Positions 1-9,558 of a stretch of 28,709 nucleotides of DNA are shown piece after piece (the stretch's first letter is position 1; every line of letters begins with the position of its first letter). This stretch comes from a virus. Lineage: Duplodnaviria > Caudoviricetes. The notes under the pieces were generated by a model. The model saw nothing but the letters and a program-made list of their open reading frames with translations. It was not told the origin of the DNA and searched no databases. The position numbers were made by a program, and so were the translations under genes. The DNA is taken from the IMG/VR virus record IMGVR_UViG_3300007523_000058, positions 1 to 28,709 of that record; one strand, 5' to 3'.

Positions 1-3000
1 AATGGTGGCTGAGTATACTGGATAGCTTCCAGTGATGTTTGTACTAGGAATCACCGCATCGATTATACCATCCCAATTTAATTGTTCTCCAGTTGCAACT
101 AATAAGTCGGATTCCACTTCAACTGTGTCGGTATACGTTGGAAAGTCTCCAACTAATATAAAATCAGTAGCCAAATCGACGTTATTTGATTCATATGTTG
201 GATATTCGCTTTGAACCGATGCCGTCATTGACGCATCTATCGTTCCGTCCCAAAATAGATTTTCCTTTGTAGGTCGTTTATGTTGAACCTTATTTCTTTC
301 TAATATATGAGGTTCTATCAATAATCCCTTTACCAATTTCACCCGCGCAGGTTTTACATCATCTAAGTAATCAAAAACCGTTTTATCAAACTGTCTGGCA
401 AGTGTAATATAATCATATATGTTCATACCGGCTGAATGGCGAGACCAATAATGTTCATTTATAGTATCAAGGGATGAGTAAGATGATGAATAGTAAGCCG
501 CAGGGTCTCCGATTTCATTCATAAAATCAAGGCCACCAAATGCTCTAACAATATCACGATTAACTTCATCAACTGGTGATATGAAAACTCCAAGTTTATT
601 AGAATCAACAGGAGCATCATCAAATTGCTTTTTAGTGATACGAGTTGATACACTCAGAGCGGCTGTATCAATTAAAGATTGCGATTCAAACCGTATCTTA
701 TCCGTATCTGCCCTGAATCCGATCGATGGTATTTCGGTAGCGGAATTAATGTCTATGTATTCAAACTGATATGGATCAGCTGTGATGGATGCAAAATTAG
801 ATGCGGTAGCGGCCGCTACCATATAACCATTTGAACCCGTCAATGCGAAGTTTGTGAGTATAGTATTTGTATTTAGATTCTGAGGCCGTTCGAACGGAAT
901 CCTAATCAATAAATCATTAAGAGACGATGTATAATGATCTCCGCTAGTGGATTCATTATATAATACATGTCTATCATATGCAGTTTCGCTTAGAGGACGT
1001 TTCCATGCTCTGAATTCGCTAACGCTTCCATAAAAATCATTTCCAATTTGCATCAGAGATGAAGATTCCCACATCGATCTCGCAACTGATATTGAAGCTG
1101 ATGTTTCGTGTGTGAATAATTCATATATGGATTTCTTCACATACATATCAATTACATCTGTAGTTCCTGCTCTTGAACGTATCAATCCAACTGTATATAA
1201 ATCATTATCAAATATAGGGAATTTGGATGATGTCACATGAGTTACGCCAGCGGATCCAGATACAACCAATCTAAGTTTGCCATTGAAATCAGATCCAGGA
1301 ACAGAATCAACGTTAAGTGTAACGTATGAATTACTCAAATCCTTCGCTGTTAATAATTGATACGATCCGGATGTGGCGTCACCATGCCCAGCTGGTTTGT
1401 TGGCGGTTCTGAACGTTATTTCAAACGAATCAGGTTTTCTATTTAAATCACTAGCAATGATATCCAACTGTACTTGATTCGACCCGCTCATATTAAGAAT
1501 CTGAGTGGAATCATCAAATGTGTAATATCTGATAGCATCCGTTGTTAATTTGGGGCCTCCGAATTCATACAATCTAATTATAGATGAAGGAATTCCATAC
1601 ATATTAAACAATGCTCTAATTGAAGCACGAGTACCCTTTGCCTTTAAAACATATGGAAGGTTATTTAAAAATCTGCGATGTAATTCTTCTTCTCTAGCCT
1701 TAGCACTTGTTGATGATAGTGCATCACCATTGCGTTTTTTACCAAGAAGATAATTTACTAAATCTTCTTGTGCTCCCCGCGTTCGTATCTGCCAACCAAA
1801 TGATTCAAGAAGTTTCTTTACAAGTTTAGTCGGAGTACCTACGTTTGGATCGTGTGACCTTACAAATAATCTATTAATCGCATCTATATGAACTTTGATT
1901 AGGTCAAAATGGTGCCCTATCATAGAAATGAACAATAGGAAGTCTGTATTGGATGGATCCCTGCGAATGTGTTCTGGCAAATCCTTATGTAAATTGTATT
2001 GATTGGCGTCATCATACAATTCAGATACTCCGGATTGGCTTACATAATAATTAACTGCTAGAGACGCAGTGGTCGCTTCTAATCTACCATTAATCTTCGG
2101 CCAGCTGGTACTTCCTGTTTCAAAATATAAGAATTTTTCATAACCATCAAATGTGGTTGTGACTTCATTGATTTGTACATTATATTGGTTAATTTCATCT
2201 CTAACTGCAATTGAAGCTGATACGGACGATGAATTTATAAAATTACGAGATGTAGTTTTTGATTCTATTAATCCAAGTTTATATTTGAAATTTGCTAACC
2301 GTTCCAGTGCTGAACTATAGAATACAAAGTTGCCATAGTTGGTGAAATCTATACCAAGCCCATCATCCGTTACTAAACGACCCGAAATTATATCATTTAA
2401 AATATCAGTTGTAATGCTTCCTGATAATATATAACCAGATCCATCAAGGTCGGTGTCTGATATTGTTAATAGCGAATTTTCAGTTTTAAAGTTTAGTAAT
2501 TCGTCATATCGTAATAACCCAGTTGAACCGGCGCTTGAAATATCAATCAAGTTGATATTACTAATTGGCATACCCAAGTCGGTTTGATCATCTATATTGA
2601 AATTCGCCCCTCTAAGGCTGAAATTAGATGTAGTCACATTATTTTTCAATTCAACGTTCGTAATGAATGGATCTATCAATTCGTACGCAATATAATGTCG
2701 CCCATTAGTTACTTCTGATTGGTCAAGCGGATCATATAATTTCAATATAACAGATGAATCTACATCTTTAATATAGTTTGTAATCAGGTATTCACGCCTG
2801 GAATCTTCACTTACTAATAAGTTTCTAAGTATTTTTCTATCATTGATTACGTTTGTAAATGAATCTCCTATGCCAAGCTGATCATTAATAACCGGTACAA
2901 GTGCATTGATTATATCATCTATAGTCAATGGAGGAGGAGGAGGCGGAGTAGCTTGTGGTAATATGCTTAAAATTGTATTAGCGAACAATCTAGTATCAAT

Positions 3001-5688
3001 AGAATCTCTAGCCCCGATCGGGAATGTCCTATTTTCTATTTCAGCAAATACCGTATATGATCCCTCCGGTAAGGTTATATTTATCTTTCGAGTTTTAAGA
3101 GTCGGTATGTTCGAACTCAATATAACCGAATTGCCTGCAGGTGTCACAACTCCCACATGCACATTAGCCAATCTATCATTCCCGGTTCCGTCTGATAGAA
3201 TTAATTGTCCAACATTTCGTATGTCATAATCAACTGTGAGAGTATGCCCGTTTTCAATTGCAGGTTGACTTATGCGAACGTCCGTTATGTACGGACCATA
3301 TACTATACCAGCTGCCGGAATTTCAGGTCGTTCTGGTCTACCGGTAGTTGGCGGCGGTTCTGTTACTGCAATAAAATTAATAGTCACCGGTGCTTGTGAT
3401 ATTAATCCATCTCGATTCGACGCTATGACATTTACTGTGAACGCGCCGTATGAATTATCAAATAAATTCCAAGGTAAATATTCTGTTATGTATTGATTTT
3501 TAGTAGAATATTGTACATCAAATTCATAAGCTTCCGAATTATTAAATCCAATTCCAACAATTTGAATTTTTGTTGCATTTGAATACGTAATATTTATATC
3601 AGGAGAAGCAGGCGGTATTTGTCCATTCCGTATGTTTATATTTTCAGGGCTAAAGTTTGCCGAAACGTTTGGCCCGATTGCGTTTACTTCATAATCTATG
3701 GTATATTGCGTGGTGTTTGGTCCGACGATAAAATCATACACAAATCTGCCATTGACACTGCTGGGCATGATGTTGCCATTGATACCCGCAACCGATTGAA
3801 TATTGAATACTTTATTATCAAACGTAGTAGATGCAATGGGAATGATCCGTATTCTAGTTCCACGTGTCCAAGAGCGCCGGAGCTGTCCATTTGAAATCAA
3901 TATTACATCGACAGGAGTTCCCTGAGAATCTAGTTCCTGTACTTCAACTAAATTGGAAATGGTATGCGCTATTGTTGGTGTTATGTTAAAACTAACATCA
4001 AATTGAGTAGGAGCAGGTGTGGCGACTATTGCTTTTACATATATTGGAACTTGTACTGTAACTGTTTTAGTTGTAGAATTTGATCCGTCGACTAGAGAAA
4101 CTAAAACTTCAACCGATATAGTTGTTCCTCCCTTTGCAAGATCGAAGTTTTGTACCCCTACATCTATATAAACCTTTCCGCTGTCCACTCTAGGAATAAC
4201 AGACATTCCAGGTGTACCTGCAATTGGAAGAACTTGAATACCACTTACCACATTACTCTTCGGACTTACAATAAGCTTGGATGTTTGAGTTTCTCCCTTT
4301 GATTCGTCTATATTGATTATCGAATTATTAATTTCAACATAAAACGTTACGGGTTCAAATATATGTGGCCCTGGAATTTGAGTAGTAGTAATTGTCCCTG
4401 TGTTTGATATATAAAACACTTCATCTGAATTATTATACCGAACTCCCATTCTAGCAATGAATGATACTGGCCGAGTGCCCGTTACATTATCGACTACTAC
4501 TCCGATGGTATCATCAATCCGGTATGTATCATGGAATATTACTTGATCCGATTCACTATCTACATCAACCGATTCGACAATTATATCTGGTGAATTTATT
4601 TGAAATAATTCAATATTTCCACGCGTTCCATTTTCTAAATCAATTACAGCGGTCTTGGTTTGAATTAGGTTTAATATATTACGTTTTGGGCTGAATATGA
4701 ATTCATCCGTAATGGTCTGCACCTCAACTGTATTCGTTTTCCCAGTTACAGTCAATGTTCCCGATATTGGATCTTGCCCATGTCTGAAATCTTCAGCGGT
4801 TACGTTGAATGAAAACGAATTCGAAATTCTAGTTGCTGAAAATCGCTTATCTAAAAACTCTGGTGGATTGTATAGTGGATCAATAATATCTAAACTAACG
4901 CTCAATATTTCAAAATCGGGCAATGTGTTTGTAATATTGGTATTTATTTGGAACGCATTGATTCTAGTAGATCCCTCTTCTGCCAATTCAAATTGATTGG
5001 TTGAAATCTGAACCACACTTCTCAATGGTATAACGGTTCCCGTTCCTCCACCTCCTCCTGCGTTAGAATCCTGGAGGGAAATTTTACCATATATATTTAA
5101 TATACTAGATTTCAGCGGCTCATTATCTACTCCAACTGTATGAGCCGTTACATCTATTCTAAAGTTTCCAGTTGTCGTCCCCCGAGACTCGATGGTATAC
5201 GACGCAATTACAGAACCATTTGTTTCTGTGAACAAAAACGGAGCGCTTATTGTAATATCGGCGTCACCTGCCGCTTTGATTGCTTGGACTGTTATGTTAC
5301 CGACTAATGATGAGCGATCAACACGGACAGAAAAAGAAGTACGATTTCCTAATAGTAAGTTTATTCGTTTTTCAGGTGTACCTCCGTTTGCAGATGAAAG
5401 GGAAACAGATGGTATATTTCCAATTACCCTCGCAATTACAGGAGGTTCGTATACACCCTTACCCTCCGTCGCTCCATCTGTGTCCTGGTCTTCCCGTTCT
5501 TCGTCTACATCTTCAGTCTGAGTTTCAACCAGCTCCGTAAATCCTGGAGTTACAGTAACTTGACCAGTTGATGATACGTTTATGGACGGCGGAGTAAATT
5601 CAGTTGTTGGGCGTGTGAATCCACCCCCGGTGTCTTGACCGTCGCCGTCTAAATCATTTCCTTCCGGTAGTTCTCTTTCTATAGCCAT
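1..5688 (-). CDS. Very large virion structural protein (baseplate/tail-associated), >1896 aa, runs off the window edge
   Basis: Translated by hand from ATG at 5688 (MAIERELPEGNDLDGDG...) with no stop down to base 1. It is absent from the ORF track, presumably because it has no stop in the window. The N-terminal half is beta-rich with GGGGG and PPPPP linkers. The C-terminal half has NFVFYSSALERLANFKYKL, LNNLPYVLKAKGTRASIRALFNVYGIP...EFGGP (baseplate wedge/tail-protein-like) and a LamG-like GSVSEFRAWKRPLSE. It lies in the baseplate cluster. Confidence 0.85.
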   Translation of the reverse strand, partial: MAIERELPEGNDLDGDGQDTGGGFTRPTTEFTPPSINVSSTGQVTVTPGFTELVETQTEDVDEEREDQDTDGATEGKGVYEPPVIARVIGNIPSVSLSSANGGTPEKRINLLLGNRTSFSVRVDRSSLVGNITVQAIKAAGDADITISAPFLFTETNGSVIASYTIESRGTTTGNFRIDVTAHTVGVDNEPLKSSILNIYGKISLQDSNAGGGGGTGTVIPLRSVVQISTNQFELAEEGSTRINAFQINTNITNTLPDFEILSVSLDIIDPLYNPPEFLDKRFSATRISNSFSFNVTAEDFRHGQDPISGTLTVTGKTNTVEVQTITDEFIFSPKRNILNLIQTKTAVIDLENGTRGNIELFQINSPDIIVESVDVDSESDQVIFHDTYRIDDTIGVVVDNVTGTRPVSFIARMGVRYNNSDEVFYISNTGTITTTQIPGPHIFEPVTFYVEINNSIINIDESKGETQTSKLIVSPKSNVVSGIQVLPIAGTPGMSVIPRVDSGKVYIDVGVQNFDLAKGGTTISVEVLVSLVDGSNSTTKTVTVQVPIYVKAIVATPAPTQFDVSFNITPTIAHTISNLVEVQELDSQGTPVDVILISNGQLRRSWTRGTRIRIIPIASTTFDNKVFNIQSVAGINGNIMPSSVNGRFVYDFIVGPNTTQYTIDYEVNAIGPNVSANFSPENINIRNGQIPPASPDINITYSNATKIQIVGIGFNNSEAYEFDVQYSTKNQYITEYLPWNLFDNSYGAFTVNVIASNRDGLISQAPVTINFIAVTEPPPTTGRPERPEIPAAGIVYGPYITDVRISQPAIENGHTLTVDYDIRNVGQLILSDGTGNDRLANVHVGVVTPAGNSVILSSNIPTLKTRKINITLPEGSYTVFAEIENRTFPIGARDSIDTRLFANTILSILPQATPPPPPPLTIDDIINALVPVINDQLGIGDSFTNVINDRKILRNLLVSEDSRREYLITNYIKDVDSSVILKLYDPLDQSEVTNGRHYIAYELIDPFITNVELKNNVTTSNFSLRGANFNIDDQTDLGMPISNINLIDISSAGSTGLLRYDELLNFKTENSLLTISDTDLDGSGYILSGSITTDILNDIISGRLVTDDGLGIDFTNYGNFVFYSSALERLANFKYKLGLIESKTTSRNFINSSSVSASIAVRDEINQYNVQINEVTTTFDGYEKFLYFETGSTSWPKINGRLEATTASLAVNYYVSQSGVSELYDDANQYNLHKDLPEHIRRDPSNTDFLLFISMIGHHFDLIKVHIDAINRLFVRSHDPNVGTPTKLVKKLLESFGWQIRTRGAQEDLVNYLLGKKRNGDALSSTSAKAREEELHRRFLNNLPYVLKAKGTRASIRALFNMYGIPSSIIRLYEFGGPKLTTDAIRYYTFDDSTQILNMSGSNQVQLDIIASDLNRKPDSFEITFRTANKPAGHGDATSGSYQLLTAKDLSNSYVTLNVDSVPGSDFNGKLRLVVSGSAGVTHVTSSKFPIFDNDLYTVGLIRSRAGTTDVIDMYVKKSIYELFTHETSASISVARSMWESSSLMQIGNDFYGSVSEFRAWKRPLSETAYDRHVLYNESTSGDHYTSSLNDLLIRIPFERPQNLNTNTILTNFALTGSNGYMVAAATASNFASITADPYQFEYIDINSATEIPSIGFRADTDKIRFESQSLIDTAALSVSTRITKKQFDDAPVDSNKLGVFISPVDEVNRDIVRAFGGLDFMNEIGDPAAYYSSSYSSLDTINEHYWSRHSAGMNIYDYITLARQFDKTVFDYLDDVKPARVKLVKGLLIEPHILERNKVQHKRPTKENLFWDGTIDASMTASVQSEYPTYESNNVDLATDFILVGDFPTYTDTVEVESDLLVATGEQLNWDGIIDAVIPSTNITGSYPVYSATI

Positions 5689-5706
5689 TACTTACTTTCC
5701 ATTTAT

Positions 5707-6588
5707 TTAATACCGAGTAGCGGCATTTTGAGCATCTAATTCTTCCTGTGTTCGCTCTGCGGTGCTTATATATTCATAATTATCCGCTCCGGAATAATCC
5801 AGCGGCAAGGGAAATCCAATTGTGTTTCCATTTGCATCAGTCGTTGATGGCCCTCCTTCCACCATATATAAAGCAATAGATTCTTTCATCACAGTATCGA
5901 ACATCCGAATAAATTCATTATAGCCAACGAATCCAATTTCCAGTAATTTTAATAACATAGTTTCTTTAGCATGTATCAAAATTCTAGACAAAAGGTCGGC
6001 AAATTGAATGTCACTTATTCCAAAATCAGTTTGGAGCTTATTTAAAAATCCCAAGTCTAATTTATTTATAGTTACACCAATATCTATATCATTAAATATA
6101 TCACCGAGCAAAACATTGAATTCTTTCGAGTCCATTACCAGGTTCGCGAAGTTAAAAAATTCTGTTTTCAGCGTTAAATCCACATCTGCATTTGGATTTG
6201 GATTTTGTAGAATTCGGACTTCCGTTCTTGATGTTGAAATATCTTTAATAAAAACACCGGGAAGTTGATCAGATCCAGCCATGAATTTCCAGAAATTATA
6301 TTCTACTCTGAATGTTCCTGCTTGATACCCAAGTTCCTTTACTTCTAAATCCGGGCGGAGATAAAAATAACCAGTCGCTGGGTCAGTCGGCGGAGTAGCT
6401 TTTTCAAATTTGATATTCAATAGATTATTAGACCCATCATATATCTTTGTAACAACTACATTATTACCATCAGCGGTGAATTCCACATTCTCCAGCCCAT
6501 CTCCAAAGAAGCTTAGATCTTCATTCGATACTCGTTGTCCCCGGTAGTCTACATCATTTGTGTTATTTTTATAACTTCTAATTGCCAT
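5707..6588 (-). CDS. Hypothetical virion protein, 293 aa
   Basis: Long ORF tightly packed in the structural operon, with an IKDISTSRTEVRI motif. Confidence 0.7.
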   Translation of the reverse strand: MAIRSYKNNTNDVDYRGQRVSNEDLSFFGDGLENVEFTADGNNVVVTKIYDGSNNLLNIKFEKATPPTDPATGYFYLRPDLEVKELGYQAGTFRVEYNFWKFMAGSDQLPGVFIKDISTSRTEVRILQNPNPNADVDLTLKTEFFNFANLVMDSKEFNVLLGDIFNDIDIGVTINKLDLGFLNKLQTDFGISDIQFADLLSRILIHAKETMLLKLLEIGFVGYNEFIRMFDTVMKESIALYMVEGGPSTTDANGNTIGFPLPLDYSGADNYEYISTAERTQEELDAQNAATRY

Positions 6589-6591
6589 TTA

Positions 6592-7893
6592 TTATGCCGC
6601 ATTTATTTGAGCTTCCAATTCCGCCGCTTTTTCACGGAATTGTCTTTGATATTCTAGGTATGTCGTATACACTGGATCATTTTCAGGTCCGCCGGCGAGA
6701 GGCAATAGCCGTTCTGTAGTTATTAAATCCGCTTCTGACCTTAATGATGATACGAGAGCGCCTGCTCGTATTTTATACAGAGACAGCCAATCCGATGGGC
6801 TTGTCTGCCACCATGTCAATTGTGTATCCCATATTCCAAACGTATCTACCCTACCGATGAATGTCGACCAGCGTACCCATAGTTGATAGCTGGATACAGC
6901 GGCATTCCGGAATGCGTCTGAAAATCGCCCGGTTCCCACTAATGGATTACCATCTCCATCAAGGCCCGTTCCACCGCCACCAGATCCTCCATCATTCGAA
7001 CCTCCACCAGTCGAGCCTCCACCTTCAAGTGTCACATTTATAGTTTGAGTACCAGGAACTTCAACTACTTGAATCGCCGGCCTTGTTGCCAATTCTGTAT
7101 TTTGTCTAATCAACGCCACATTTGTTTTTTCCAATTCCGTTATGCGTTGTTCTAGATTGGCATTTTCTACAGATGCCCTAGCCAATTCATCAGCTAACCT
7201 AATAATTTCATCATTTTTAGCAGTAACAACTCGTTCCAACCTTTCCTTACAATCTTGAAGTGCTTCAACCAAATCAAGCAAATCTTCATTATCAGATATG
7301 ACTTCATCTAATTCAGCCTTTAAATCATCAATTGCTTGTTTTAAAGCGTCACAGTCTCGTAGTTGAATTTCAAGATCATCAATTTTATCTCGGAGCGAAT
7401 TTATCAGATCAATTAAATCATTGATACTTGTGTAATCACCGATTTGGTCGGATGTCGAACCAGGACCGTTGGTTCCTCCACCACTTCCACCAAACACCGT
7501 TCCATCATGTGGATGAAATACAATATCATCGACATCGGTATTATCACTCCCTCCTGGTAAAAAATTGATGGTATTGATTACTCCGCCTGTTAGTTCGGAT
7601 ATTGAAAAATCAAGAGTCCTTAGTAGGTATTCTAAGTTGTATTGAGTTGCTGTTTTTGAAAATATCCTTGCCCCTTCGACGTTTTCAACTTTCAAATCAC
7701 CAAATGTTGTCAATCCATTGAATAAGACATTACCATCCGCGTCGGTATATACTAAATTTCCATCTTGGTCTCTAATTTCATATTGAGCAGAAAGAGGCAA
7801 ACCAGTCTTAGGATCAATGTTGTACACTCGAGATGTAGCATTATCCGGTTGAAGGTCTATCCTATCGTTTCTATTTGAAAGTTGAGATGCCAT
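6592..7893 (-). CDS. Coiled-coil protein flanked by Gly-rich linkers, probable virion component, 433 aa
   Basis: Heptad-rich central segment (INDLIDLINSLRDKIDDLEIQL...) between GGSGGG-type linkers. Confidence 0.7.
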   Translation of the reverse strand: MASQLSNRNDRIDLQPDNATSRVYNIDPKTGLPLSAQYEIRDQDGNLVYTDADGNVLFNGLTTFGDLKVENVEGARIFSKTATQYNLEYLLRTLDFSISELTGGVINTINFLPGGSDNTDVDDIVFHPHDGTVFGGSGGGTNGPGSTSDQIGDYTSINDLIDLINSLRDKIDDLEIQLRDCDALKQAIDDLKAELDEVISDNEDLLDLVEALQDCKERLERVVTAKNDEIIRLADELARASVENANLEQRITELEKTNVALIRQNTELATRPAIQVVEVPGTQTINVTLEGGGSTGGGSNDGGSGGGGTGLDGDGNPLVGTGRFSDAFRNAAVSSYQLWVRWSTFIGRVDTFGIWDTQLTWWQTSPSDWLSLYKIRAGALVSSLRSEADLITTERLLPLAGGPENDPVYTTYLEYQRQFREKAAELEAQINAA

Positions 7894-7895
7894 TA

Positions 7896-8123
7896 TTAAT
7901 CATATTTTCCATTTTTCACATCCTTAACAAAATCATCAGATGCCTTAAACATATCCCACCTTCCCTTATCGTATTTACCCATAAACCACGTCGATGTTGC
8001 AGATGGGACATCTTTTATATCTCTAACCTTATCGATAAATTCTCTACCATTTTGGCTTTTTCGAGCCGCATCTAAAAACCGCTCAAATCCCTTGGGATAT
8101 TTAATTGCCTCTTTTAGTTTCAT
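7896..8123 (-). CDS. Small hypothetical protein, 75 aa
   Basis: TAATG coupling to the upstream gene. Confidence 0.65.
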   Translation of the reverse strand: MKLKEAIKYPKGFERFLDAARKSQNGREFIDKVRDIKDVPSATSTWFMGKYDKGRWDMFKASDDFVKDVKNGKYD

Positions 8124-9214
8124 TATCGCACCACTTTAAATATATCGTCTATGTCATAGTAATCAGTTAATCCGTTCTTGGTTACTTTAATTACTACTCT
8201 ATAAAATCTTTCAGGTTGAAATCCACTCAACCATTGATCAAAGAATGACCCACTTACATCCACACTTAATTTAGTGTAGTCGCTGAATGGAACAATTGTA
8301 TATTCTGTATCCGCATCCACAATAGAATAGTATGATGCTGTCGGTAGATATTTATTTGTATTATAAGGACTACCAGCCGAAAATGTTCTTGCTGGATATA
8401 ATGAACGAGCGAACACTCTAAAACGTGGTTTAGAGTCCTGTCGGTAATCTTTACGTAAATTCTTTACCTTCACTATTCTATCCTCATCAGTAATCTCTGA
8501 AAGCGAACCTGATGTGATTGTGGAACCATCCCAAGCCACTTCTAATGTTGGTGGAAATATTGTATGAGTATCCCTTGAATAAAACTTTAGAGTACCATAA
8601 TCCTGTGAATCTTCTTCAACTGCGAAGCTATGCTTTACAATCATGCCTTCATTTGGAATTGAACCGCTCAACCATTGATGTACGATTGATGAAACATCCA
8701 TCCGAATATCAGCCGATTCATAATCAAATGATTGGCTGGCTACCGATGCGGTATACCACGCACCTCCACCTGTACCGTCAATTGAGCCAGTTGTACCAAC
8801 TCCCAATGAACCTGTTATAAGCGTTGACCCGCTGACCCACTTCGTTGCGGCGTCGCCGGAGTCACGATATAACCAAGATACACCAGTCGTTGTCACGCCG
8901 TCGAATTTAGTACCAACTCCATTTTGCCAGCTTTGAGATACCGGATATATATACAGTGTATAAGTCAGCGGAATTTGATGTGCTTGGGCTATTTTTAGAT
9001 TCAAATAAAATTTATGATTTTTTGAAATCGTGCCACCTGCTATAGATGATGATATTGAAGAAATATCAAATTTAAGTAATCCACGTGCAATTTCACGAAG
9101 CGTATTATTATAATATGCCTTCTCAATTTCAATGATCTCATCTAGCCCTGTATTTTGTGTATTTTGCACCTTATACATAGTAGCGTCGCCAGATGGATAG
9201 ATAAAATGATGCAT
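8123..9214 (-). CDS. Virion structural protein with a DNRLRE-like beta-sandwich N-terminus, 363 aa
   Basis: Motifs DATMY...NTGLDEIIEI, RGLLKFD, DVSSIVHQWLSGSIPNEG, FYSRDTHTIFPPTLEV; baseplate neighbourhood. Confidence 0.65.
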   Translation of the reverse strand: MHHFIYPSGDATMYKVQNTQNTGLDEIIEIEKAYYNNTLREIARGLLKFDISSISSSIAGGTISKNHKFYLNLKIAQAHQIPLTYTLYIYPVSQSWQNGVGTKFDGVTTTGVSWLYRDSGDAATKWVSGSTLITGSLGVGTTGSIDGTGGGAWYTASVASQSFDYESADIRMDVSSIVHQWLSGSIPNEGMIVKHSFAVEEDSQDYGTLKFYSRDTHTIFPPTLEVAWDGSTITSGSLSEITDEDRIVKVKNLRKDYRQDSKPRFRVFARSLYPARTFSAGSPYNTNKYLPTASYYSIVDADTEYTIVPFSDYTKLSVDVSGSFFDQWLSGFQPERFYRVVIKVTKNGLTDYYDIDDIFKVVR

Positions 9215-9324
9215 TCAGTTAATCTCGTTTATTCATTTAATTTTTGTTTTCATCTCTATAATATCCTTGATGATTAGCGTAACTAATCTCCTTATTACAT
9301 TCAGGGCAATATCTTTTAAATTTA

Positions 9325-9558
9325 TTATACAACTACTTTCCAAAGTTTATTATTAATCGTGTGTTTTATCGCGGATTGTTTCGATCTATAAGATTTAAAC
9401 ACTCGGTCACCTATTTGTACTATAAACCAAGTTCCACTAAAACGATATGGTGCGTATTTACGAAGTTGTGTCATTCGATCAACTACCGCTTCCAACGAAA
9501 CATCCTCTATGCTGTTTTTCTTCGCTTCTTCATTCAATATGTCAATTAGTTTAATCAT
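9325..9558 (-). CDS. Small hypothetical protein, 77 aa (MIKLIDILNEE N-terminus)
   Basis: TAATG coupling to the baseplate wedge gene. Confidence 0.65.
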   Translation of the reverse strand: MIKLIDILNEEAKKNSIEDVSLEAVVDRMTQLRKYAPYRFSGTWFIVQIGDRVFKSYRSKQSAIKHTINNKLWKVVV

